Below are positions 9,949 through 21,868 of a DNA stretch of 64,000 nt, piece after piece (position 1 is the stretch's first letter; each line of letters opens with the position of its first letter). The position numbers and the translations under genes are program-made. The stretch comes from Balanoglossus misakiensis (Eukaryota > Animalia > Hemichordata), in contig CM082588.2 in NCBI GenBank assembly GCA_040954595.2, positions 10,214,844-10,278,843 of the forward strand, given 5' to 3'. Under the pieces are notes generated by a model. That model was not told the DNA's origin. It saw nothing but the letters and a program-made list of their open reading frames with translations, and searched no databases.

Positions 9949-10004
9949 AGGGTCATAGTGCTGGAACGACATGTTTAAACAGGTCGTTCCGGCACTCTGA
10001 CCCT
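9949..10004. repeat. 56-bp near-perfect palindrome (possible mini-MITE)
   Basis: AGGGTCATAGTGCTGGAACGACATGTTT|AAACAGGTCGTTCCGGCACTCTGACCCT; 3 mismatched pairs out of 28. Confidence 0.85.
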
Positions 10005-10498
10005 TTCGGCCCCAGTCGTTTCAGCCCCCATTTTCCACGACCCAAGTCGTTACAGCCCGGACAGTAACACCCCAAACATTTCAACACTTATCAGGGAAGA
10101 CCTTAGCCCAACTATTAAAACTTGGCTTGAACCTACTTAAGTTCTCCGCATGAAATATGAGCGAGCGTTGTCAGAGGACGACAGCTACGCACACTTTGGG
10201 CATGACCGAATCAAACAGAATTGAATATTCTATATTCGGAAAAAACACCTTATCTCCGTTTTGCCGTTGACAAACCGATTTCTGTCATGACAGTTACTCC
10301 CGGGGACTGTGACAGACCATATACAGACAGTAGAGGCCGCGCGCTGGGGGTCTACACAAGTCACTACAGCTGATGTAAGCAAGTACAACATGCTTTGCTT
10401 GCAGGAATGTTCCATTTTCAATAGAGGGGTGTGTATATTCAGAGGGAATGTCAGTCGGGGCCCTGGCTGGCAACATGCGGCGTATATATTGACAATCT

Positions 10499-11426
10499 TA
10501 GCCGGGAGACCAGGGCGTCGATCTAAAATACAACGCTCGGGGACAGTCGAGCAAGTCCTGCTGAGCTGAAAGATAGTAGTCTTGGCAACGATCGAGGTCG
10601 CTTAGTAACAAATGGATAACGAGTGATCTATCAAATGTTGACGGGCGCCAGTGGTTGGATGATATAATTAAAGGCACGTAAGCTGTAACTGGATAAAAAA
10701 TTAAAGTTTTAAATAATCTCATATATGCTTTTAATTATGTCTATTAAATGCTATTTCATGATAATATATCAAGCTCAACACTTATTTATGACAAAATGGC
10801 CAAAAATTAAAGAAAAACGAAAATTCCTGCAATTTTAAAAAAAGCGCAATATTGCAATGAAAAATGAAAATCTGATGTCTCAGTGGTGTACATTTACTTC
10901 CATGAGCTCAAGTGGATGAGATCATGTTTTGTTTATGAAGTTTCACAACCGGAAATGCAACATTTTCATTGTTTCTTGCATTTTCCCACGGTGGCGGCCA
11001 TAATCGCTTGCGGCAAAGCTTTATTATTTATCTGGTTAAAACTTGCATATGCACTCATACTTAGGGTTTATAATGCTTGTGTATTGTTCACTACCTCCAT
11101 CTGCATGGACTAATGGTAGTGCAGTTTGAAACAAAAATTATGAAAATTATCCCAAAAGTTACACCTTACGTGCCTTTAACAAAGCTTGGTTATGAATATT
11201 CATACACTTTCAAAACCACTCCCACATCCCATCGCGGGAATTTCACACATGACTCCACCTCTATTTCCTTATTTAGAAGGCGACGATGTCATGTGGTTAA
11301 CATTGAGTGACCAATTAGCTTACACGCAAGATTTACCACACGTGTCGTTCTACGAACAGAATTCTGTTCGTAAATAGAGACTGTCCCCGGGCGTTTCTTT
11401 TCCCCGACGCCCTGGTCTCCAGGCTA
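10499..11426. mobile_element. Non-autonomous AcademH-type DNA transposon
   Basis: 22-bp TIR TAGCC(G/T)GGAGACCAGGGCGTCG, TAG..CTA termini, exact 9-bp TSD TGACAATCT (10490-10498 and 11427-11435). Confidence 0.85.
10672..11175. mobile_element. 504-bp Kolobok-type non-autonomous element nested in the AcademH-type element
   Basis: TTAA TSD (10668-10671 and 11176-11179); 19-bp TIR AGGCACGTAAG(C/G)TGTAACT; AG..CT termini. Confidence 0.85.
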
Positions 11427-11738
11427 TGACAATCTCGCTGATAGGCGCAGCTGGAATTTATGTTTCTGTGGTATGATTATTGTATTTTATCAATGCACAA
11501 TCACGATGGGCGAGTTTCAAGCAAGCAATTGGATTCGCTTCAATCCCTCACTAAAATCTAGACTGCACCACTGTATAATAACACAATACAGTCTTCTAGC
11601 CTCATGGTATAAACAGGAACTCTTGTCTGCTGGACATCCGTGTACTTTGGTCTACTGAGTGAACGCGTTACGTATAGAGGTAGCGCAAAGTGAAAACCTA
11701 TTTAAGGCAGCCACAACAATCAGTGTTGACGTACATAC

Positions 11739-11841
11739 AATCTGACTAAAATCGCAGTTGGTATGACGACAGCATACTAATAATACTGTACCACATAAGT
11801 AAAAGACGTCGTCGTACTATACATCTGATTTTATTCAGATT
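11739..11841. repeat. Short fold-back element, diverged copy (AATCTG...CAGATT family)
   Basis: Arms AATCTGACTAAAATC..GTATGACGAC and GTCGTCGTAC..GATTTTATTCAGATT. Confidence 0.65.
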
Positions 11842-11859
11842 ACTGCATATTTGCATATA

Positions 11860-12066
11860 CTGTGAAACAAGTTATTTTCGCGAGCAATACATTTTCGCGA
11901 GATACGTGAGAGCCAAAATGGTATGAAAATAAGAGGTCGCATAATTATTTTTGAAGATAACGATGCAGTGAATGAAATAAGAGAACGCGAAAATTAATAC
12001 TCGCGAAACAGTAGCCTCTCTCGATATCGTGAAAATTTCAACTCGCTAAAATAAAGTGTTTTACAG
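11860..12066. mobile_element. 207-bp MITE with TA flanks (CTGT...ACAG) and internal TTTTCGCG/CGCGAAAA motifs
   Basis: TA|CTGTGAAACA..TTATTTTCGCGAG at the left and CTCGCTAAAATAA..TGTTTTACAG|TA at the right. Confidence 0.75.
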
Positions 12067-12102
12067 TAGTTTATGTATGTAAAGTGTTCCTGATGTTAAC
12101 AC

Positions 12103-12211
12103 AATCTGTTTGAAATCAGATGTAGGCCTAGGGAATGGCGACGTAGTTTTTTGATGCTGCGACAGCATAAAAAACACGTCGCCGTTCCCTACATCTGATT
12201 TTAATCAGATT
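12103..12211. repeat. 109-bp near-perfect hairpin element (AATCTG...CAGATT family)
   Basis: AAATCAGATGTAGG..GAATGGCGACGT.GTTTTTT.ATGCTG-CGA-CAGCATAAAAAACACGTCGCCGTTCCCTACATCTGATTT. Confidence 0.85.
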
Positions 12212-15200
12212 AGCGTTAACATAACTTTATCAGAATAAGTTAACGCCATAACTTTGACAGAATAAGAGTTGCCTCAAACGGCTCTAACCGAATTTCCATT
12301 AATAGCAGAACAAACAAGCTGTAATCAATACGCCAACCTTTAAAATATTACTTTAGAAAGTTTGTATTCATACTTTCTTCAAGTTGTCATAACGCTAACC
12401 CGAAATGTGTTTTAGTATTGCCTTTGTATTAATGGGCTAGATTCATGGCGTTATATGTCATAAATTAAAAAGACAACCCTTATTGTTTTTGATAATATTT
12501 ATGTCGGAGAATCCACAATGAAAAATATGTATTTTCAATTTCATAACTCAAAATAATTTTCAAATCCATGACCTTATTTTCAACTCCAGTGATCGTACAT
12601 CCTGAACCTTGTTCCAGTAAATGATTGGTCATTACAGGGTTAATGGGCACTCTCCCGTTCTCTTCCTCCGCAGTTTCATTCATGTTCTTGTTTGACGGAA
12701 ATGGGTGTGACCAGACGCTTGAATGTTTTCATGTGGGTTGAGTTGTTCATCGGGAACGGCCTCCTGGTGTGTCTGTACAGGTACGCAAGGAGAAACTGCC
12801 CACAAGAAGCTGCGAGTGAAACTATTTAAGGTAGTATGTGCCTCGCGGTCCGAGATTCTGACAAATGATAGTCCTCAAAACTTTTTCAAGTCATTGATTT
12901 ACTAAAGTGTGTGGTGAGTCTCTTTGAAAACAACAACAATATTACTCATCATATTGTAATTTTTTGAAACTATAAAATGAAGTTGACAATGCACCAAACA
13001 TATTCTATTTATTTCTTCATGACCATGTTCACCCCAAGGTCATATGGACCTGCAAGTATATGCCAGAGCCAGAGTCGACATTACCGAAGCCAGAGTTTAA
13101 AGCTTACAGGTCACCCCTTGCCAGCTCATGACTAGCTAAACTGCCATGGATGCCAAGAGATATATGACTACGGTAACCTGTAGATGGTTTCAGTATGTTT
13201 GAAGAAAGTGGTGGCGCACTTTTGGCTACATTTGAAATGGCTATGGTACCAGTGGTTGAATTTGCAAAGGTGACCTTTGACCTGGCATCTTTAAAGATAT
13301 TAAAGAACGATTTACCATTCCTTGTTGTCGTAAAATGACATCTGTAATAACTTATATTTTATCTGTTCATCTTGAAGTACTATATATTTAAACGCCAATT
13401 TTCCATTGCCAATCAAGTTTTTACAAATAAATTGTAATATGCATGTTGATTTTACAAAAACTCCTTACTTCCAAGTGAATTCTGTTACACATCACGTAAC
13501 TATTTTCCCCACGAATTCTTCAGTTGCTAACTCGGAAATTTCATATATTGGGCAGAAATTGGATACATTACCCAGCCATTAAAATTACAGTTTTCTATTT
13601 TAATTGATCGTCCATAACTTCAAGTACTTTGACTTGACATACATTAAAAACATCATGGTGAATAAATAAAAATTATTTGATTATCTAATTGTGCATGTTT
13701 ACATGGTTTTATTTTAGTATGCTGGGTACTTAATGTCTAATGGCTCGCTGATTTTATACTGTTCAAGATGACAATCTAATTTTAGTTTTCAGCTGATAAT
13801 TGAAATCAATGATTCAAAAAAATTGAATTTTGACATGAATAAACTTCTTGTTCATGGCAGTTGCTGTGTTTTGTTTCATTTGTATTCAATTTTTGCAAGC
13901 ATACCATTGAGCACAGTTTGATTTGATTAAACACGTTTATCGGAAAATTTTGTCATTTGAAATATCTGTTTTTGCGCCCTCTACCATTTGACCAAATGAT
14001 TCTCTTATTTTGGTGGCCTTTGTCTGTGTATATGAGAATACTATAGTACTCTCGCATCGATCATAGTAGAAGTTGATAACGTCTCTTGCCACGTGGCCTG
14101 GAAGAAAGGCGATCTTTAGAGTAAAAAAAACAAACTATCCAGATAGGAAGCTAGAAAAGAAGTTGAATCGTTGAAATTTTATTTATTTTATATTGTTAAT
14201 ATCGTTGGTGATGTTGACTGGCCGACAATCTTTGTCACACGAGTCTTTGCAGGCAGATTAAAACATTGCCTATTCCAGCAATAATCACAACAGGAGTGTG
14301 TCACACAGGAGACAGTTGGGATTATAGTCATAATCTACCTTAGTTTGTTGTCAACAACCAGATGTGGTCGCATTCCGTGCATCCGTGCATATTTTGGAAC
14401 AACGACTCTATCGAACAGACGTATTTCAAACACCTTGGAGAAAAACATCGATGACCAGTGGAATTGACTGTCGCTTGAAATCCGATAGGAATACACCTGT
14501 TTACGGTGGACGATACCGACACTCCTCTGCTAACTTAATCTGCTCTGCTAACTATACCTGCTTTGATTAAGTTGCGTCTAAAACTTTCCTTACAATACAA
14601 TGTGGGTCTCGACTGTCGGTCCCAACTATAGCGACGACAGCCTCGGTATGTTTCGCCGATAGCAATCCGGAGATGAAATTTGCATACAGCAATATCTTTC
14701 AAGATAAATAATTTATGTCCTAAAGGTATTACTTTTAGTGGTCTGACGGAGACGTTTTCTGCTGTAACATGCAAAACCTGCGGCGGACCTGAGGTCATGT
14801 TGCGAACACTGTAGTTTTGTTACGCCCGCCATCCTTCGGACGTTTACCTCATCGGGGCTTCTTTGGGGAATCAGCCACGTCCGAAGGGTGAGAGTGTAAA
14901 TTCTCTCCCTCTCCTTCTCCACCCAACATATTCATAGAGTCAGAGAGAGGTACCCGGCATATCGTAAACTTAACGAGAGGCATAACGAGACTTTCAACAA
15001 GTTTTCCGAGTAACACAAATAGTTGTGGTTTATTACTGGTCACACGTAAGAATTACACGACTCTATCCATGCTCGTTGACTCCCGTCACGGATCTCCGGT
15101 GATAATAATGTGATATCAAATTTCACCACCTCTTATTAATACGTTAGTCAAGTATTATGTCATAAAAGGAACACGTCATCTTAATATTTCTTAAACATGA

Positions 15201-15279
15201 ACTTAGCGCGTGATATCTCTATCTCGTTCTGACATGTATCAATTACACAATCTTGTTTACTCTGAGTCAAATACCTATT

Positions 15280-17789
15280 TTTTTTTGGTGATTTTCACCG
15301 ATGTTTTTTTTTTCAAAAATCGACGAACCAATGATTTTTTTCAAAATCGACGAAATTTTGAGATTATGCAAAGTCGAAAATTTTTCATTTTTTGATGATT
15401 TTCACCCATGATTTTTTTCAAAAATCTACGAAATTTTGAGATTTTGCAAACTCGAAAATTTGTCATTTTTTTATGATTTTCACCCATGATTTTTTTTTAA
15501 AAATCGACGAACCCATAATTTTTTTCAAAATCGACGAAATTTTGAGATTTTGCAGTCTAAAATGTTTCATTTTTTGATGATTTTCACCCATGTTTTTTTT
15601 TCAAAAATCGACGAACCCATGTTTTTTTTCAAAAGTCGACGAAATTTTGAGATTTTGCAGTCTTAAATTTGTCATTTTTTGATGGTTTTCACCCATGTTT
15701 TTTTAAAAAATCGACGAACCCGTGATTTTTTTTCAAAATCGACGAAATTTTGAGATTTTGCAAAATCAAAAATTTGTCATTTTTTGATGATTTTCACCCA
15801 TGTTTTTTTTTTCAGAAATCGACGAACGCATGTTTTTTTTCAAAAATCGACGAAATTTTGAGATTTTGCAGTCGAAAATTTGTCATTTTTTGATGGTTTT
15901 CACCCATGTTTTTTTAAAAAATCGACGAACCCGTGATTTTTTTCAAAATCGACGAAATTTTGAGATTTTGCAAAATCAAAAATTTGTCATTTTTTTGATG
16001 ATTTTCACCCATGATTTTTTCAAAAATCGACGAACCCATATTTTTTTTCAAAATCGACGAAATTTTGAGATTTTGCAAAGTCGAAAATTTGTCATTTTTT
16101 GATGATTTTCACCCATGTTTTTTTTTTCAAAAATCGACGATATTTTGAGATTTCGCAAAGTTGAAAATTTGACATTTGTTGATGATTTTCATGAGCTATA
16201 GCCTATGATTTTTTTTTTCAAAAATCGACGAAATTTTGAGATTTTGCAGTCGAAAATTTGTCATTTTGTTGATTTTCACCCATGTTTTTTTTAAACAATC
16301 GACGAACCCATGATTTTTTTTCAAAATCGACGAACTTTTGAGATTTTGCAAAATCGAAAATTTGTCATTTTTTGATGATTTTCACCCATGATTTTTTTTC
16401 AAAAATCGACGAACCCATAATTTTTTTCAAAATCGACGAAATTTTGAGATTTTGCAAAGTCGAAAATTTTTCATTTTTTGATGATTTTCACCCATGTTTT
16501 TTTAAAAAATCAACGAACCCATGATTTTTTTTCAAAATCGACGAAATTTTGAAATTTTGCAAAATCAAAAATTTGTCGTTTTTTTGAGGATTTTCACCCA
16601 TGATTTTTTTTTCAAAAATCGACGAAATTTTGAGATTTTGCAGTCGAAAATTTGTAAATTTTTGATGATTTTCACCCATGTTTTTTTAAAAAATCAACGA
16701 ACCCATGCTTTTTTTCAAAAGTCGACGAAATTTTAAGATTTTGCAGTCTTAAATTTGTCATTTTTTGATGGTTTTCACTCATGTTTTTTTAAAAAATCGA
16801 CGAACCCGTGATTTTTTTTCAAAATCGACGAAATTTTGAGATTTTGCAAAATCAAAAATTTGTCATTTTTTGATGATTTTCACCCATGATTTTTTTTCGA
16901 AAATCGACGAAATTTTGAGATTTTGCAGTCGAAAATTTGTCATTTTTTGAAGATTTTCACCCATGATTTTTTTCAAAAATCGACGAACCCATAATTTTTT
17001 TCAAAATCGACGAAATTTTGACATTTTGCAAAGTCGAAAATTTGTCATTTTTTGATGATTTTCACCCATGTTTTTTTTCAAAAATCGACGAACCCATGGT
17101 TTTTTTTCAAAAATCGACGATATTTTGAGATTTCGCAAAGTTGAAAATTTGACATTTGTTGATGATTTTCATGAGCTACAGCCAATGATTTTTTTTTCAA
17201 AAATCGACGAAATTTTGAGATTTTGCAGTCGAAAATTTGTCATTTTGTTGATTTTCACCCATGTTTTTTTTAAACAATCGACGAACCCATGATTTTTTTT
17301 CAAAATCGGCGAACTTTTGAGATTTGGAAAATCGAAAATTTGTCATTTTTTGATGATTTTCACCCATGATTTTTTTACAAAAATCGACGAACCCATGATT
17401 TTTTTCAAAATCGACGAAATTTTGAGGTTTTGCAAAGTCGAAAATTTTTCATTTTTTGATGATTTTCACCCATGTTTTTTTTTAAAAATCAACGAACCCA
17501 TGATTTTTTTTCCAAATCGACGAAATTTTGAGATTTTGCAAAGTCGAAAATTCACCCATGTTTTTTTAAAAAATCAACGAACCCATGATTTTTTTCAAAA
17601 TCGATGAAATTTTGAGATTTTGCAAAGTCGAAAATTCACCCATGTTTTTTTTCAAAAATCGACGAACCCATAATTTTTTTCAAAATCGACGAAATTTTGA
17701 GATTTTGCAAAATCAAAAATTTGTCATTTTTTGATGATTTTCACCATGATTTTTTTTCAAAAATCGACCAAATTTTGAGATTTTGCAGT
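15280..17789 (-). repeat. Satellite array, T-rich orientation, mostly ~101-bp units
   Basis: Tandem TTTTCACCCATG(A)TTTTTTTCAAAAATCGACGAACCCATG..CAAAATCGACGAAATTTTGAGATTTTGCAAAGTCGAAAATTTGTCATTTTTTGATGA. Confidence 0.97.
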
Positions 17790-18605
17790 TAGTGCGGTAT
17801 GGTATGTCATGAAAAACAGCTCCCGTAGGATTGTTGTGCTAAAATTGATTTTTTTGCTGTTTTGGCTTCTATTGGGACCCAACTACCCGAAAATGATGGG
17901 GTGCAATTTTAAGGGCCCCTCCATCATATTTTTCTCGGGGGGGGGGGGTACTTCCGTTTTGTGGTATGATGTGTATTCCCGTAGGATTTTTGTGCTAAAA
18001 TTGATTTTTTTGCTGTTTTGGCTTCTATGGGGACCCAACTACCCGAAAATGATGGGGTGCAATTTTTAGGGCCCCTCCATCATATTTTTTCGGGGGGGGG
18101 GGTCGTCACTCCTGTTTTGGCCTCCCCGAAGATATTTATTCACCTATCTACTCCATTTTCGTAGAATTTTCTGCTAAAGAATTTTTTTTTTGCTGTTTTG
18201 ACACCTGGTCACAAAAGATCACATGCAAATTTTAGGGCCCCTCTATTACATTTGTGGGGGGGGGGGGGGGGCACTTACATTCCGACAATCTTAACGGTAT
18301 TTGTTCACCTATACCGTGTATTCTCGTAGGAGTTTTTGCTAATAGTTATTTGTTTTGTTTGCTGTTTTGGTTTCAATGATGAATAAACATCCCCAAAATG
18401 ATGGAAATCAATTTGTTGGACCCCTCCATCACATTTTCTTGCAGGGGGGGGGGGGGGTCACTTTAGTTTTAGCAGCCCTGGAGATATTTGTTCATAGTGT
18501 GACATGTGTATTTGTAAAGGATTTCTTCCAATTTCTTTTTTTTTAACTTCTATGGGGACCTAACTGCTCAAAAATGAGGTCAAATTTTAGGGCCTCTCCA
18601 CATAT
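17790..18605 (+). repeat. Left arm of the Academ element, made of ~150-180-bp tandem units with G-runs
   Basis: TCCCGTAGGAT..GCTAAAATTG..GGGCCCCTCCATCAT recurs at 17821 and 17977, then in progressively more diverged copies. Confidence 0.85.
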
Positions 18606-18932
18606 TGGGAATCTTAAATATTAGACGGTTTATGGGTAAACATATCAGTTACCTACATTTGTATCAGTTGTCATATATACTACAGCGCTATCTTATTTTT
18701 ATAAATATACTTAGTTGAATTTTGACACTAACAAATCAACCACAAATATCTCTCTGGTTTGGACTTAGCATAATATACCTCCCCTCACCTTGGACCGCCA
18801 CCCAACTCATCACCACACTCATGTTTTCTATGGTTTACAAAAATATAGTATACTAGGCTATACCAAATAGTGAACACCTATTGCCTGGCCATGAGGGCCA
18901 TAGCAGCCGTTTATTACACCCGAGGGGCCGTG

Positions 18933-18968
18933 AGTTACCAGAATCATATGCATATGATTCTGGTAACT
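18933..18968. repeat. Perfect 36-bp palindrome
   Basis: AGTTACCAGAATCATATG|CATATGATTCTGGTAACT. Confidence 0.95.
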
Positions 18969-19512
18969 TTTTCGTTAAGAGTTGTTTATTCTTTCGTAGC
19001 ACAATCAATGTCTGAGATATTTACCATTGTACTAAAATTCTCATCGATATAAGTCTGTGCATAAACTCTGAAGTACGTTTTAATCAACACTTGTTTTTTG
19101 GGGTATTAAAACGATATTCAGTTGAACTCATTTCAAAGTTAAATACTGTCGTAAATAAAGCCATATCAGTTGAAGTATTGTCTATTTTAAAGTAGTATTT
19201 TCAAAATTTTCATGCCAATAGCAAAATAGTGCTGTAAAAAGCCCTTGAACTATGTCTTACTTCTAAAACTTGTTTTGGTAAACATTAACAATATCAAATT
19301 TGGCTCATTTTGTAGCTCAATACTACTGAAAATAAAACAAGTCTGTGAACTACATCTCAGTTTTATTACTAAATACATATTGGCTATTTTCTTAGCACCG
19401 TAAGCAGCGTTTTACGTTCCAGTTCGATAGCTATTAGGACATTTTGCAATAAACTACAGAATTAATATGTAGATAAAAATAAGATTTGCGTGATCTGTGA
19501 AAAGGGTGCCAC

Positions 19513-19758
19513 CCCTTCATCACAATGAGAGATAAATCATACGCAACAAATTGTCCTGAACTTCCCCCAATCAAAAAGAATGGGTGGAAATCGGAGAATG
19601 GCGTGTTTTATCCAGTAAAATGTCTTGCTCTCCCTGCACCAAAGGCAGTACTAGAGCTTATCAAATGTGGCTGCAAAGCAGGTTGTAGGGGACGTTGCAG
19701 TTGCTCAAAGAATGATTTACTATGTACTCCCCTCTGCAAATGCTATGGTGGAGACTGA
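19513..19758 (+). pseudogene. C-terminal fragment (Cys8/CXC-like zinc finger) of an Academ-type transposase
   Basis: NGWK..YPV..PAPKAVLELIKCGCKAGCRGRCSCSKNDLLCTPLCKC, followed by a short acidic tail beyond a stop codon. Confidence 0.7.
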
Positions 19759-20099
19759 AAACCAGGGGGAAATGTTCTTGAAGATAACGACACTGGCGAT
19801 GAGTAGATCAAACAGAACTGGGTTTCGTGAAAATGATGATTGAGAATACCAAGATATCAGAAAAGAATCGTTATGCTTCTTGGGTTGTTTATTGCACCGT
19901 CCGTGGTAGGGAGGGTGCCTCAAGGGTCCATTTTATGAGATGGGACTGTAGCTCGGAAAATAAACTAAAATACACATTATGTACTTTATTATATATAAAG
20001 GAGTTTTAATTTACCTTAGTATACTAAATTTAGAATAAACGAAAAAATCTAAGATAAAAAAAAACTACTGTTACAACGGGTTGGCGAAAACAAATATAG

Positions 20100-20936
20100 A
20101 GAACCCCCCCCCCCACCAAAAAATGTGGTAAAGGGGTCCAACATTTTGCACACCATCACTTTTCGGCAGTCAGTCTGCATTCAAGCCAAAGGAGCAAACC
20201 AAATTGCAAGAAATACCACGACAATACTAACCGTATAGTAAATAGGTGAATAAGTATCTTCAGGGTGGCCAAAACAGAAATGATTACCCTCCCCCCCCCA
20301 AGACATGATGGAAGGTTCCAAAAATTTGAACCCCATCATTTTAGTTCTGGTGGAGCCCCATTGAAACCAAAACATCAAAGAAAAATAATATTTTTAGCAA
20401 AATATTCTATGAGAAGGGAGTAAATAGGCCAACAAACAACTTCGGAGTGGCCAAAATGGAAGTGCCCCCCCCCCCAAATAAAAAATGATGGAGGGGCCCT
20501 ATAATTTGCACCCGATTATTTTTGGCCAGGTTGGTCTCCTCCAAAGCAAACACAACAAAAACAAATTAATTGTAGCCCAAATTCCCATGATGATAGAGTA
20601 AATAGGTGAACAAATATCCTCGAGTGACAAAAACAGAAGAGACCCCCCGAAAAAAATTGATGGAGGGGCCCTAAAAATTGCACCCCATGATTTTTGGGTA
20701 GTTGGGTCCCCATTGAAGCCAAACAGCAAAAAAAATCAATTTTAGCAGAAAAATCCTACGGGAATACACATCATACCACAAAACGGAAGTACCCCCCCCC
20801 CAGAAAAATATGATGGAGGGGCCCTTAAAATTGCACCCCATCATTTTCGGGTAGTTGGGTCCCCGTAGAAGCCAAAACAGCAAAAAAATCAATTTTAGCA
20901 CAAAAATCCTACGGGAATACACATCATACCACACTA
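20100..20936 (-). repeat. Right arm of the Academ element (reverse complement of the left arm)
   Basis: AATCCTACGGGAATACACATCATACC at ~20752 and ~20904; more diverged copies lie inward. Confidence 0.85.
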
Positions 20937-21868
20937 AGTCGAAAATTTGTAATTTTTTGATGATTTTCACCCATGTTTTTTTTTTCAAAAATCGACGAAC
21001 CCATGATTTTTTTCGAAATCGACGAAATTTTGAGATTTTGCAGTCGAAAATTTGTCATTTTTTGATGATTTTCACCCATGATTTTTTTCAAAAATCGACG
21101 AACCCATAATTTTTTTCAAAATCGACGAAATTTTGAGATTTCGCAAAGTTGAAAATTTGACATTTGTTGATGATTTTCATGAGCTATAGCCCATGATTTT
21201 TTTTTCAAAATCGACGAACCCATGTTTTTTTTTCAAAAATCGACGATATTTTGAGATTTCGCAAAGTTGAAAATTTGACATTTGTTGATGATTTTCATGA
21301 GCTATAGCCCATGATTTTTTATTTCAAAAATCGACGAAATTTTGAGATTTGCAAAGTCGAACATTGGTCATTTTGATGATTTTCACCCATTTTTTTTTTT
21401 CAAAAATCGACGAACCCATAATTTTTTTTCAAAATCGACGAAATTTTGAGATTTTGCAAAGTCGAAAATTTGTCATTTTTTGATGATTTTCATCCATGTT
21501 TTTTTTCACAATTCAACGAACCCATGATTGTTTTCAAAATCGACGAAATTTTGAGATTTTGCAAGAACCCATGATTTTTTTCAAATTCGACGAAATTTTG
21601 AGATTTTGCAAAGTCGAAAATTTGTCATTTTTTGATGATTTTCACCCATGATTTTTTGCAAAAATCGACGAACCCATGATTTTTTTCCAAAATCGACGAA
21701 ATTTTGAGATTTTGCAAAGTCGAAAATTTGTCATTTTTTGATGATTTTCATCCATGTTTTTTTTTTCAAAATTCAACGAACCCATGATTTTTTTCAAAAT
21801 CGACGAAATTTTGAGATTTTGCAAGAACCCATGATTTTTTTCAAAATCGACGAAATATTGAGATTTTG
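20937..21868 (-). repeat. Continuation of the T-rich satellite arm up to the inversion point
   Basis: Same units and the same CATGAGCTATAGCC variant as in 15280-17789. Confidence 0.95.

Larger units (their letters stand above)
17790..20936. mobile_element. 3,147-bp non-autonomous Academ (AcademX-type) element with ~0.8-kb repetitive inverted arms, inserted in the satellite
   Basis: Termini TAGTG(C/T)GGTATG; 3-bp TSD AGT (17787-17789 and 20937-20939); the empty site TTTTGCAGTCGAAAATT is a satellite variant; internal Cys-rich fragment. Confidence 0.85.

Noticed and set aside
10230-11658. Short 60-90 aa ORFs
   Set aside because: No recognisable motifs; several cross the boundaries of non-autonomous elements.
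17809-20988. Hydrophobic ORFs (LKLIFLLFWLL...) resembling membrane peptides
   Set aside because: Translations of the T-rich tandem units in the Academ arms, mirrored on both strands.
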